In this document: positions 8,755 to 18,404 of the stretch, piece by piece
How positions within the stretch are numbered: position 1 is the stretch's first letter
How the letters are laid out: every line of letters starts with the position of its first letter
Source of the DNA: Dehalococcoidia bacterium
GTDB lineage: Bacteria; Chloroflexota; Dehalococcoidia; DSTF01; RBG-16-68-14
Assembly (NCBI GenBank): GCA_040882355.1
Contig: JBBEBM010000068.1
Span: 241-64,240, forward strand
Reading direction: 5' to 3'
DNA: 64,000 bases
Notes under the pieces: generated by a model
Told to the model about the DNA's origin: nothing
The model's database searches: none
What the model saw: the letters and a program-made list of their open reading frames with translations, nothing else
Program-made: the position numbers and the translations under genes

Positions 8755-10386
8755 ATGGCCGATCGCTGGGACTTGGAGGTGAATGTCGCCGTCGTCGGAT
8801 CGGGCGGAGCGGGCCTGACGGCGGCGATCCTGGCGCACGATAACGGCGCGCGCGTCGCCGTTCTCGAGCGGTCGGACAAAGTGGGCGGGACGACCGCGGT
8901 CTCCGGCGGAGGCCTCTGGATCCCCCTTAACGACCACATGTCGGAGGTTGGTGTGCAGGACTCGCGCGAGGAGGCGCTCACATACTGCCGCCGGCTCGCC
9001 GCCGGCCGCACGCCCGACGAGCTGATCGAGACGTTCGTGGACGCCGGCCACGTGATGGTGCGCTACCTGGAGCAGCACACGCCGGTCAGGTTCAGCGCTT
9101 GTGGCATGCCGGACTATCGCTCCGAGGAAGAGGGCGCGAAGCCGCACGGGCGCTCCGTCGAGCCGCAGTTCTTCGCAAAGGCGGAGCTTGGCGGGTGGGC
9201 GGAGAAGCTGCGCCCCTCGCCGCTGATGTTCGTGCCGCTGACGATCGACGAGCAGATGGCGAGCATGTCCGACCCGAAGAGCCTGCCCGTCCAGCAGGTC
9301 GTCGAGCGGATGAAGGGGGGCATCGTCGGCTCGGGCAACGCGCTCGTCGCCCGCCTCCTCAAGGGCTGCCTCGACCGCGGCATCGCGATTCAGCTCGAGA
9401 CGCGGGCCCGCGAGCTGATCAGCGACGAAGGCCGCGTCGCCGGCTTGCGCGCTGAAGGCCCGTCAGGCGACGTGTTCGTCCGCGCGAAGGGCGGCGTCGT
9501 GCTCGCCAGCGGCGGCTTCGAGTGGAGCGCGGACCTGCGCGCGCGCTTCCTGCCCGGCCCGCTCAGCGAGCACTGCAGCCCGCCCTTCAACGAGGGCGAC
9601 GGGCTGATCATGGCGCAGGAGCTTGGCGCCGACCTCGGCAACATGAGCGAGGCATGGGTCTACCCCGGCGCGATGGTGCCCGGCGAGGAGCACGACGGCC
9701 ACCCGGTGAGCCGCTGGGTGATCGCCGAGCGCACGCTACCGCATACGATCCTGGTGAACCGCGCAGGAAAGCGCTTCGCAAACGAAGGCGTGAACTACAA
9801 CGACCTGAGCAAGGCCTTCTACCACTTCGACCCGCAGACGTACGAGTATCGCAACCTGCCGTGCTGGGCCATCATGGACGGCCAGTACCGCTCGAAGTAC
9901 CCGATTCTGACGGTCATGCCCGGCGACCCCGACCCCGACTGGCTGCCGGTGGACGGTAGCCTTGCCGGTCTCGCCGCGAAGGTTGGCATCGACGCCGGCG
10001 GCCTGCTGGCGACGGTCGCGCGTTGGAACGAGCTTGTCGGGCAGGGCAAGGACAGCGACTTCGGTCGCGGGGAGAGCGTCTACGAGCGCTGGATCGGCGA
10101 CTCGAAGGCGCCGCACCCGAACCTGGGCACGATCGAACGGCCGCCGTTCTACGCGCTCCAGATCGGCGCGCATTCGTCCGGCACCAAGGGCGGCCCGCGC
10201 ACGAACGCGAAGGCTCAGGTGCTGAACGTGCGCGGCGATGTGATTCCGGGCCTCTACGCCGCGGGCAACGTGATGGCGGGCGTATCGGGGCCCGGCTACT
10301 ACGGCGGCGGCGGCACGATCGGCCTCGCGATGACGTGGGGCTATCTCGCGGGCATCGACGCCGCGCAGCGCGCGAAGGGCGGCTAG
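8755..10386 (+). CDS. kstD: FAD-dependent 3-ketosteroid delta1-dehydrogenase-like protein
   Basis: GSGGAG, GGTTAVSGGGLWIP, PDY, RFANE..NY, GTKGGP and GYYGGGGTIG. KstD-type catalytic Tyr/Gly positions appear retained. Confidence 0.75.
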   Translation: MADRWDLEVNVAVVGSGGAGLTAAILAHDNGARVAVLERSDKVGGTTAVSGGGLWIPLNDHMSEVGVQDSREEALTYCRRLAAGRTPDELIETFVDAGHVMVRYLEQHTPVRFSACGMPDYRSEEEGAKPHGRSVEPQFFAKAELGGWAEKLRPSPLMFVPLTIDEQMASMSDPKSLPVQQVVERMKGGIVGSGNALVARLLKGCLDRGIAIQLETRARELISDEGRVAGLRAEGPSGDVFVRAKGGVVLASGGFEWSADLRARFLPGPLSEHCSPPFNEGDGLIMAQELGADLGNMSEAWVYPGAMVPGEEHDGHPVSRWVIAERTLPHTILVNRAGKRFANEGVNYNDLSKAFYHFDPQTYEYRNLPCWAIMDGQYRSKYPILTVMPGDPDPDWLPVDGSLAGLAAKVGIDAGGLLATVARWNELVGQGKDSDFGRGESVYERWIGDSKAPHPNLGTIERPPFYALQIGAHSSGTKGGPRTNAKAQVLNVRGDVIPGLYAAGNVMAGVSGPGYYGGGGTIGLAMTWGYLAGIDAAQRAKGG

Positions 10387-10388
10387 GC

Positions 10389-10937
10389 GTGCCGAAGGTC
10401 GACTACACCGCGGCGATCGAGGTGCCACGGGCGACCGTCTGGGACTTCGTGAAGGACATCAACAACTGGGCGCCCTTCGCGAAGGGCTACCAGGCGCACG
10501 AGGTAGTCAGCGACCGCGAGTCGTTCTGGACAGTGAAGGGCGATATCGGCCCGCTCTCGCGGGTGACGAAGTTCCACGTCATCATCACGGAGTGGACGGA
10601 AGGCGAGGGCGTCGCGTTCACGCTCAAGGGCCTGAACGAGCCGATCACGGGCGCGGGCGCGATCAAGCTTGTCGACGCCGAGGCGGGCACGCAGATCCAG
10701 GGCGAAGCGCTGCTGGAGTTCGGCGGCAGCATCGGGCCGATCGTCAACCACTTGTTCGTGCCCTGGGCGCGCGCCGGCGCGGACGAGCTGGTGACCAAGA
10801 TCGCCGTCGCGCTCCAGCCGTCGTACGTCAAGCCGGAGCGGCCGTTCTTCCTGCTGCGCTGGCTCCAGGGCGTCTGGCGTTTCATCGCCGGACTGTTCGG
10901 ACGCGGCGCGTCGAGTGACGGCCCGCTAGGTTCCTGA
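10389..10937 (+). CDS. CoxG/SRPBCC-family protein with C-terminal amphipathic tail
   Basis: IEVPRATVWDFVKDINNWAP start; GTG 2 nt after the upstream stop. Confidence 0.8.
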   Translation: MPKVDYTAAIEVPRATVWDFVKDINNWAPFAKGYQAHEVVSDRESFWTVKGDIGPLSRVTKFHVIITEWTEGEGVAFTLKGLNEPITGAGAIKLVDAEAGTQIQGEALLEFGGSIGPIVNHLFVPWARAGADELVTKIAVALQPSYVKPERPFFLLRWLQGVWRFIAGLFGRGASSDGPLGS

Positions 10938-10952
10938 GGAGGGAGTGCTCTC

Positions 10953-12002
10953 ATGCGAGTCGAAACGTTGCTACTGACACCAGGCGTCGCGGGAGGCGCG
11001 GGCTTTTCCGATATCGCGGGCATCGCCAAGTCGGCGAAGCGTATCGAGGAGCTCGGCTTCGACGGCACGACGGCGCCTGAGGCGGGCCACGACCCGTTCC
11101 TGCCGCTCGTCGTCGCCGCGGAGCACACGAAGCGGATCACGCTCGGCACGAACGTCGCGATCGCGTTTCCGCGCAGCCCGTTCGCGGTGGCGCAGATCGC
11201 TTGGGACCTGCAGTACTGGTCGGGCGGCCGCTTCAAGCTCGGCCTCGGCACACAGGTGAAAGGTCACAACGAGCGGCGTTACTCCACCCCGTGGACCGGG
11301 CCGCCCGGCCCGCGCCTGCGCGACTACGTGCTCTGCCTGAAGGCGATCTTCAAGACGTTCCAGGAGGGCGAGCGCCCGGCGTACCAGGGCGAGCACTACC
11401 AATTCACGCTGATCTCGCCCTTCTTCAACCCCGGTCCGATCGAGCACGCTCCCGTGCCGATCTACATCTCGGCGCTGAACACCTACATGGCGCGTCTCGC
11501 CGGAGAGCTGTGCGACGGCGTGCTGCTCCACCCGCTAGGCACGCACAAGTACACGAAAGACGTGGTTATGCCCGCCATTCGGGCGGGCGCGAAGAAGGCC
11601 GGCCGCAGCGAGAGCGACGTCGACATCGTCGCCGCGCCGTTCGTGATCACCGGCAAAGACAAGGCCACGGTGGAAGCCGCGCTCGCGCCGGTTCGACAGC
11701 AGATCTCGTTCTACGCCTCGACGCGCACCTACCACACCGTGCTCAAGTACCACGGCTGGGAGGAGATTGGCGGCACGCTCCACGCGCTCTCGATCGAGGG
11801 CAAGTGGCAGGAGATGATGAAGCTGATCACCGACGAGATGCTCGAAGAGTTCGCCACGATCGGAACCTTCGACGAGATCGGCCCGAAACTCAAGGAGCGC
11901 TGGGGCGGCGTCTGCTCGACGCTTTTCCTGGCGACAGGGCCGCAGGCCTGGGAGAGCGAGCAGCAGATCGGTGATCTCCTGAAGCTGCTGCGCGAGCCCT
12001 AA
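10953..12002 (+). CDS. LLM-class F420-dependent oxidoreductase (TIGR03617-like)
   Basis: EAGHDPFLPL, IAFPRSP, GLGTQVKGHNERRYS, ISFYAST. Confidence 0.9.
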   Translation: MRVETLLLTPGVAGGAGFSDIAGIAKSAKRIEELGFDGTTAPEAGHDPFLPLVVAAEHTKRITLGTNVAIAFPRSPFAVAQIAWDLQYWSGGRFKLGLGTQVKGHNERRYSTPWTGPPGPRLRDYVLCLKAIFKTFQEGERPAYQGEHYQFTLISPFFNPGPIEHAPVPIYISALNTYMARLAGELCDGVLLHPLGTHKYTKDVVMPAIRAGAKKAGRSESDVDIVAAPFVITGKDKATVEAALAPVRQQISFYASTRTYHTVLKYHGWEEIGGTLHALSIEGKWQEMMKLITDEMLEEFATIGTFDEIGPKLKERWGGVCSTLFLATGPQAWESEQQIGDLLKLLREP

Positions 12003-12763
12003 CCGCCGATCGGCAGCTCCCGCGCCTCGGCGATGGTGATGACGCGCCCGGTGTAGGAAGCGGGCTGCTCGATGAGGCGGACGATCGCCTCGGCGACGGC
12101 CTCCGGCGTCTCCCAGCCGGAGTAGTCTCCTTCCGGGTCGATGAAGAGCGCGCCTTCCGTCACGACCGCGCTCTCGATTCGCAGGCAGTTCACGGCGATC
12201 TGCGACGCCGCCAGCTCGAGGCCAAGCACCTTCGTCATCATCTCGAGCGCCGCCTTAGACGCGGCGTAGGCGGTGATGCCCAGCTCGGCCGACACCTCGG
12301 GCATCGTCACAGCCCCCGACGAGAGGTTCACGATGCGACCGCCGCCTTGCTTGAGCATGTGCGGCAGCACGGCCTGGGTGCAGAGCACCGGCCCGCGCAG
12401 GTTGACGTTCATCAGCAGGTCCCAGCGCCCGATCGGCGTGTCGGCGAAGGGCGCGCGGTAGTTCACCGCCGCGTTGTTGATCAGGATGTGGACGCGCCCG
12501 AACTCGGCGATCGTTCGCTCGACCAGCGCGTCGACCTCGGCCTGCTGGCTGACGTCGCAGGGCAGCGCCAGCGCACGTTGCCCGAGCGCTCGCACCTGAC
12601 GCGCCGTCTCCTCGACCGTGCCGGGCAGCTTCGCGGGCGCGGCATCCGTCGTGCGGGCGGCGCAGACGACATCGGCGCCGTCCGCGGCGAGGGCCAGCGC
12701 CGTGACGCGCCCGATTCCACGGGACGCGCCCGTCACGATGGCGACCTGGCCCTGGAGGTTCAT
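11999..12763 (-). CDS. Short-chain dehydrogenase/reductase
   Basis: TGASRGIG, NNAA, YAASK. Confidence 0.92.
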   Translation of the reverse strand: MNLQGQVAIVTGASRGIGRVTALALAADGADVVCAARTTDAAPAKLPGTVEETARQVRALGQRALALPCDVSQQAEVDALVERTIAEFGRVHILINNAAVNYRAPFADTPIGRWDLLMNVNLRGPVLCTQAVLPHMLKQGGGRIVNLSSGAVTMPEVSAELGITAYAASKAALEMMTKVLGLELAASQIAVNCLRIESAVVTEGALFIDPEGDYSGWETPEAVAEAIVRLIEQPASYTGRVITIAEARELPIGG

Positions 12764-12858
12764 CCGCTGCTTCGTCTCCTGAGACGGGCTGTGCTATATA
12801 TCTACAGCCGCCAGCTTACCATCCGCGCTGGCCGGACGCAGCGACAGGAGAACTCGCC

Positions 12859-13683
12859 ATGACCTCGGAAGACTACGTGCTCTTCGAGCAGCAGGACGGC
12901 GTGGGCGTCGTCACCTTCAACCGGCCGGAGCGGCTCAACGCCATCAACTGGGAGATGGCCGTGCAGCTCATCGACCTGTTCCGGGGCCTGCGAACCAACG
13001 ATGACGTGCGCACGATCGTCCTCACCGGTGCCGGCGGCCGGGCGTTTTGCGCCGGCGGCGACGTCGAGTGGCTCAGCGGGTCCACTGACCGCCCGATCCC
13101 CGGCCTCTCCGACCTGCCCGTGCCTCGCCACCAGCGCAAGACGCCGGGCGGCCCTTTCGCCGAGTTCATGCGCACGATCATTGAGGTCGACAAGCCGGTG
13201 ATCGCCGCCATCTCAGGCGTTGCTGTCGGCGCCGGCCTTTCGTTCGCTCTCGCCTGCGACCGGCGCTTCGCTGATACGAAGTCGCGTTTCTCGGCGATCT
13301 TCGTCAAGCGCGGCTTGGGCGCCGACATCGGCATCACCTGGTTCCTGCCGCGCATCGTCGGCCTGCCGATGGCGCTCCAGATGGTGGAGACGGGCATGAT
13401 GCTCGACGCACAGACGGCGAAGGACGCCGGCGTCATCGATGAGCTGGTCGAGGAGGGCGAGGCGCTGAACGCGGCGCTCGAGTACGCGAAGTCGCTCGCG
13501 AAGGGCGCGAGCGTCGCTGTCGACATCAACCGACGCCTCATCTACAAGTCGCTCACGTCGACGCTCGAAGAGATGCTCGACTACGACGCGATCGCCGCGA
13601 CGCTCACCGCTATGACGCTCGATGCCAAGGAAGGCACGGAGTCGTTCATGGAGAAGCGCGAGGCCCAGTTCAAGGGCCAGTAG
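12859..13683 (+). CDS. Enoyl-CoA hydratase/isomerase (crotonase)
   Basis: FNRPERLNA, AFCAGGD, KPVIAAISGVAVGAG. Confidence 0.92.
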   Translation: MTSEDYVLFEQQDGVGVVTFNRPERLNAINWEMAVQLIDLFRGLRTNDDVRTIVLTGAGGRAFCAGGDVEWLSGSTDRPIPGLSDLPVPRHQRKTPGGPFAEFMRTIIEVDKPVIAAISGVAVGAGLSFALACDRRFADTKSRFSAIFVKRGLGADIGITWFLPRIVGLPMALQMVETGMMLDAQTAKDAGVIDELVEEGEALNAALEYAKSLAKGASVAVDINRRLIYKSLTSTLEEMLDYDAIAATLTAMTLDAKEGTESFMEKREAQFKGQ

Positions 13684-13684
13684 C

Positions 13685-14863
13685 TCAGCGCTTGAGGACA
13701 GTAGCGGTGGCGTTGCCGCCGAGGCCGAGCGTCTGCGCCAGCGCGATCTTCGCGTTCGGCACCTGACGCGCGCCCGAGTCGCCGCGCAGTTGCCAGGTCA
13801 GCTCGCAGATCTGGAAGACGCCCATCGCCGTCGTCGCCTCGCCGAAGCAGAGGAAGCCCCCGCTGGGGTTGATCGGCAGGGTGCCCTCGGGCATCGTCTC
13901 GCCGCGCTCGACCAGCGACTCCGCCTCGCCCCGCTCGCAAAGGCCCCACTCTTCCGGGAACGCCAGTTCGTAGTAGACGGTGTTGTCCTGTAGCTCGACC
14001 AGGTCGACGTCGCGCGGATCAGCGCCGGCGCTAGTCAGCGCCTGCCGCACGCAGGACGCGGCCTCGCTGTGGTGCGTGAGACCGGGCGGTACGACACACG
14101 ACAGCCCCCTCGGAATGCCGTCGTCGAAGCTCGCCGTCGCGACGGCGCTCGACGCGACCCAGACGGGGTCCGTCGCGCGCTTGCGCGCCTCTTCGGCGGA
14201 GCAGAGCACGACGGCGGCGGCGCCGTCGCTCACCGGGCAGATCTCGTAGAGCCGCAGTGGGTAGCTGACGAGCGGCGAGTTGAGCACGTCCTCCAGCGTG
14301 AAGTCCTGGCGGAAGCGAGCGTTCTCGTTGTGCTGGGCGATCTTGTGCGCCTTCACCGCGATGCGCGCGAGCTGCTCCTCCGTCGTCCCGTGTTCGGCCA
14401 TGCGATGTGTGGTGAGCATGCCCCAGAAGGCCGGCCCGGGCATGCCGACGGCGAGTTGACGCACATACTCCTGATCGTTCACGTCCTCGACGCCGGAGGT
14501 CTGGATGAAGCCCTTGGGTAGCTTCTCGCCGCCGATGACGAGCACCATCTCGTACATGCCGCTGGCGACGAGCGTGTGACCGATGTTGAAGGCGTTGCCG
14601 CCCGCCGCGCACCCCGCCGACAGGTTGTAGACCGGCACCCCGGTGTTGCCCATCTCGTCGACGATGTCGTTGCCGTTGAGGCCCCAGCCTTTGCCGCCCG
14701 AGAAGCGCGAGCTGGCCGCTGAAACGGCCTGCACGTCACGCCAGCCGATGCCGGCGTCCTGCAGCGCCGCGACCGTCGCTTCGCGGCAGAGCTGCGTGAT
14801 CGACTTGTCGGGGAACTTGCCCCAGGGGTGCATCCCCACGCCCAGCACTGCGACATCTCTCAT
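13685..14863 (-). CDS. SCP2-type thiolase-family protein (divergent C-terminal motifs)
   Basis: VAVLGVGMHPWGK, AGCAAGG, CPVSDGAAA, INPSGG. Confidence 0.88.
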   Translation of the reverse strand: MRDVAVLGVGMHPWGKFPDKSITQLCREATVAALQDAGIGWRDVQAVSAASSRFSGGKGWGLNGNDIVDEMGNTGVPVYNLSAGCAAGGNAFNIGHTLVASGMYEMVLVIGGEKLPKGFIQTSGVEDVNDQEYVRQLAVGMPGPAFWGMLTTHRMAEHGTTEEQLARIAVKAHKIAQHNENARFRQDFTLEDVLNSPLVSYPLRLYEICPVSDGAAAVVLCSAEEARKRATDPVWVASSAVATASFDDGIPRGLSCVVPPGLTHHSEAASCVRQALTSAGADPRDVDLVELQDNTVYYELAFPEEWGLCERGEAESLVERGETMPEGTLPINPSGGFLCFGEATTAMGVFQICELTWQLRGDSGARQVPNAKIALAQTLGLGGNATATVLKR

Positions 14864-14875
14864 GCTTCCTGTCCT

Positions 14876-15295
14876 CTAGCTCGGGCGGAACTTCCAGGTG
14901 ATAACGTCGTTGCCCTGCGGATCGGTGTAGAGCGGCTCCAGCACCAGCTCGACGGGCATGCCCGCCTTCACCTGCGTGAGGTCGTCCACGGCAACACGCG
15001 CTAGCAAGCGCAGCCCTTCCGCGAGGTCGACGAGCGCCATCGCATACGGGACATAGGGCTCGTCGTACTTTGCGGGCGGCGGCGGCGGGTAGTGCTGGAC
15101 GGTGTAGCTCCAGAGCGTGGCATTCGGCCCGAACGCCGCGTCCTCCATCGCGCTGCCGTCGCACGTCGGCTGGCGGCAGAGCGCTGACTTCGGGAAGTAG
15201 GGCGTACCGCAGGCCGCGCAACGAGAGCCGAGCAGGCGCGGCCCATCCGGCGTCTCGGCGAACAGCCCTTCGGCGACGGGGACGCGCTCACTCAT
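14876..15295 (-). CDS. DUF35 Zn-ribbon/OB-fold protein (thiolase partner)
   Basis: CAAC..CRQPTC, LWSYT, GMPVELV. Confidence 0.88.
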   Translation of the reverse strand: MSERVPVAEGLFAETPDGPRLLGSRCAACGTPYFPKSALCRQPTCDGSAMEDAAFGPNATLWSYTVQHYPPPPPAKYDEPYVPYAMALVDLAEGLRLLARVAVDDLTQVKAGMPVELVLEPLYTDPQGNDVITWKFRPS

Positions 15296-15509
15296 CGGCG
15301 AGGAAGAGGCTGCCGGACTCGCACCAGACGGCGTCCCAGGGGTAGCCGGGCGGCTTGCGCGTCAGGTTGGTCATCTCGTACCAGCGCCACGGCGGGTCGC
15401 CGTGATCGACATAGGCTCCCGTCAGTGTGCCCGTGAACTCCTCGCGTCCGCCGAGCGCGCCGCCCGCGACCGGCCCGCCGCCGTCGCACTCCGCGACCCG
15501 GCCGGTCAT
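15288..15509 (-). CDS. Small hypothetical protein (start may be 15563)
   Basis: In-operon orientation; stop overlaps the start of the DUF35 gene (ATGAGTGA); GC3-rich codons. Confidence 0.55.
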   Translation of the reverse strand: MTGRVAECDGGGPVAGGALGGREEFTGTLTGAYVDHGDPPWRWYEMTNLTRKPPGYPWDAVWCESGSLFLADE

Positions 15510-15587
15510 CGCTTCGTCGAAGCCCGCGCGTCGAGGGTAGGGCTCGTTGGGTCGAGTCGGCACGTTTGGCGCTACCAGGGTCGTCTC

Positions 15588-16703
15588 CTAGGGCGAGGCG
15601 CTCACGGGCGAGCCGCCCGCCACCGCCTCGAACGTCGCACGCGCTTCGTCGACGAGGTCGCGCACGATCTGCGCCGCCGGACGCACCGATTTCACCGCGC
15701 CGACGCCCTGGCCGGCCGCCTCCACCATGAACGACTCGATGCGATAGTCCTTCGCCGCCTGGTGCAGCTCGGCGGCGAGCAGGAGCTGGTAGGGCGCGGG
15801 CAACGGGTCGGGCGCGTCGTCCGACTCCCAGTCCTTCGTCCACTGGGACTTGAGGACGCGCATCGTGAAGCCGGAGATGCAGCGCGAGAGCGTCGTATCG
15901 TCCGCACCGGCATCGACCAGCTTCTGCTTGATGATCGGGTCGCGGTCCGACTCGTCCGTGGCGAGCCAGAGCGTGCCCGTCCAGACGCCGGCGGCGCCCA
16001 GACAGAGTGCGGCGGCCAGGTGCTGGCCCGTTGTCACGCCGCCAGCGGCGACGACCGGCGTGTCGCCCGCGATCGCGACGACCTCCGGCACGATCGAGAA
16101 CGTGCCGATGGCGCCGGTGTGGCCGGCGGCGTCCGTGCCCTGCGCGATGATCAGGTCGACGCCGGCTTCGATCTCGCGGACGGCCTGACGCGGCTTGCCG
16201 ACAAGACCGAAGACTTTGATGCCGCGCTCGTGGGCAGCTTCGAGGATGAAGCTGGGGCTGCCCAGCCCGAACGCGAGCACCGGCACGCGCTCCTCTAGCA
16301 CGACGTCGAGCTGGCGGCGGGCGGTGTCCTGGTTGATCCAACCCAGGTTGTAGAAGTCGGGCGGGTTCTTCGGGTCGGGGATCTTGTAACGCTCCTTCAT
16401 CTCCTGGACGAAGCGCTTGTGCTCCTCGGGGATCTTCGCCTTCAGCTCCTTGATCGAGCCCTGCGGCGGCGCCGATGCCGGCAGGAGCAGGTCGATGGCG
16501 AACGGCTTGCCGTTCACGCGCTCGCGGATCCAGTGGATCGAATCGGCGATCTGGTCCGGCTGGAGGGGCGCGCCCGCGAGCACGCCGAGCCCGCCCGCGT
16601 TGATCACCTCGACGACGACCTCGCGGGTGGGGGTGAACGCGACGATCGGGTACTCGATCCCGATCATGTCCGTGAGTTTCGTCTTCAGCGGATCCTTGGC
16701 CAT
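15588..16703 (-). CDS. Nitronate monooxygenase/FabK-like flavoprotein (IpdC-like)
   Basis: IGIEYPIVAF, NAGGLGVL, AQGTDAAGHTG, AAGG, GAAGVWTGT. Confidence 0.88.
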   Translation of the reverse strand: MAKDPLKTKLTDMIGIEYPIVAFTPTREVVVEVINAGGLGVLAGAPLQPDQIADSIHWIRERVNGKPFAIDLLLPASAPPQGSIKELKAKIPEEHKRFVQEMKERYKIPDPKNPPDFYNLGWINQDTARRQLDVVLEERVPVLAFGLGSPSFILEAAHERGIKVFGLVGKPRQAVREIEAGVDLIIAQGTDAAGHTGAIGTFSIVPEVVAIAGDTPVVAAGGVTTGQHLAAALCLGAAGVWTGTLWLATDESDRDPIIKQKLVDAGADDTTLSRCISGFTMRVLKSQWTKDWESDDAPDPLPAPYQLLLAAELHQAAKDYRIESFMVEAAGQGVGAVKSVRPAAQIVRDLVDEARATFEAVAGGSPVSASP

Positions 16704-17002
16704 GCAGGTTCCTCGATTCGAGAGAGTGACGACCAGACGATAGCGAATCTGCGAGCGGCGGCACAAGTTGAACGGAGGGTCAATAAGCCAGCGTCTCGCG
16801 GTTCGCGCCGTGGCTGCGGCAGGCAAGCGAAACGTGGCAGTTGGTTTTGCAAAAGCGCCTTTTCAGGCGATCCACGGCCAAATCCCTTCGATCACGTGAA
16901 TCTGGGGACTGGGCACCGGGCGCTGGATAGCCACGCCGCATTGTCGAGGGACAGGATAAGGGCGGGCGGCGAGAGCGCGAAGGGGGCGGTGGCACGGCCC
17001 TG

Positions 17003-17132
17003 GCAGGACGCTGAGAATGGAGGTCATCGTTCCCACCCGCCCGCCCAGCAACGTAAGTGAATCTGGGGGACACCCCCAGACCCCCAGCAGGGGCGCTGCG
17101 CCCCCTGCACCGCCGCTCTTTCGGCCCGTCGC
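17003..17132. mobile_element. Degenerate copy of the MITE at 26249-26389
   Basis: 22-nt identity (17027-17048 = 26284-26305), shared GTGAATCTGGGGGACACCCC..CAGGGGCGCTGC core, decayed ends. Confidence 0.7.
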
Positions 17133-17189
17133 CTTGTCCGGCCCCGAGGGCTGTCGTATGATACGGCTCGCAGCTTCAAAGGAGGACGC

Positions 17190-18404
17190 ATGCCAGGAGG
17201 GGCGCTCGAAGGGTACCGGGTGGTCGAGCTGGGCTCGCTCGTCTCCGCGCCGTACTGCGCGAAGCTGTTCGCGGACTACGGCGCGGACGTGATCAAGGTC
17301 GAGCCGCCCGGCGAGGGCGACGCCTCCCGTTCGTGGGGGCCGTTCCCGAACGACGAGCCGCATCTCGAGAAGAGCGGGCTCTTCTTCTTCCTCAACACAA
17401 ACAAACGCGGCGTGACGCTGGATGTCGCGTCGGAGCGCGGGCGGGAGCTCTTCCTGGAGCTCGTTCGGAACGCGGACATCGTAATCGAGAACCAGCGGCC
17501 GGCGCAGATGCGCGACTGGGGCGTCGACTACGCGGCGTTGTCGAAGGCGAACCCGGACCTGGTGATGATCTCGATCACGCCCTTCGGGCAGACGGGGCCG
17601 TACAGCGACTGGAACGGCTACGACCTGAACGCCTACCACCTCTCGGGGACGGGCTACCGCTACTGTGGCAGACCAGGCGAAGCGCCGCTGGAGCACGGCG
17701 CGTTCTCCGCCGACTTCTTCGGCGCGATCGCGGGCGCGGCGTGGGGCCTCGCCGCCGCGTACGGACGGGCGCAGGCGGGCGGCGGCCAGCAGCTCGATGT
17801 CTCGTGCGCGGAGGTGACGGCGGCGCTGTTCGTCGGCGCGCAGAACATCGGCGGGTACGCGCAGGACGGCGTCGCCCTGAGCCGGACGGGCGTGGGCATG
17901 CCGCTCGGCGCGCCCGCGACGATCCTGCGCTGCAAGGACGGCCACGTCTGGATGCTGGCGCTGGAGCCGGGCCAGTGGGACGGCCTGGCGCGCGTGATGG
18001 GCAACCCGGACTGGATGCGGCTCGAGATGTTCCAGGACATGTTCGTTCGGGCCGAGAACGCCGAGGCGATGTACCCGCTGATCGAGCAGTGGACGGTGGA
18101 GCACACGAAGGAGGAGATCATGGACCGGTGCCAGGCGGAGGGCTGCCCGACGACGGCGATCTTCAGCGTCGCGGAGATCGCGGAACAGCCGCACCTCAAG
18201 GAGCGCGGCTACCTCGTCGACGTGGAGCACCCGCTGCTGGGTACTGTCCGCGACCTCGGCGCGCCGTTCCGCCTGCCGGAGAGCCCCGGCGGGCCGGTCC
18301 GCGCCGCGCCGCTGCTGGGCCAGCACAACGACGAGGTCTACGGCTCGCTGCTCGGCCTGAGCGCCGGCAAGATCGACGCGCTGCGGCGGGAGGGCGTCGT
18401 CTGA
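17190..18404 (+). CDS. CaiB/BaiF CoA transferase (BbsE-like subunit)
   Basis: LEGYRVVELG, GADVIKVEPPG, LNTNKRGVTLD, SITPFGQTGPY. Confidence 0.9.
   Translation: MPGGALEGYRVVELGSLVSAPYCAKLFADYGADVIKVEPPGEGDASRSWGPFPNDEPHLEKSGLFFFLNTNKRGVTLDVASERGRELFLELVRNADIVIENQRPAQMRDWGVDYAALSKANPDLVMISITPFGQTGPYSDWNGYDLNAYHLSGTGYRYCGRPGEAPLEHGAFSADFFGAIAGAAWGLAAAYGRAQAGGGQQLDVSCAEVTAALFVGAQNIGGYAQDGVALSRTGVGMPLGAPATILRCKDGHVWMLALEPGQWDGLARVMGNPDWMRLEMFQDMFVRAENAEAMYPLIEQWTVEHTKEEIMDRCQAEGCPTTAIFSVAEIAEQPHLKERGYLVDVEHPLLGTVRDLGAPFRLPESPGGPVRAAPLLGQHNDEVYGSLLGLSAGKIDALRREGVV

Noticed and set aside
7455-9011. 518-aa version of the CoA transferase
   Set aside because: The extension overlaps the divergent kstD-like gene; family similarity begins at TTG 8615, which has an RBS.
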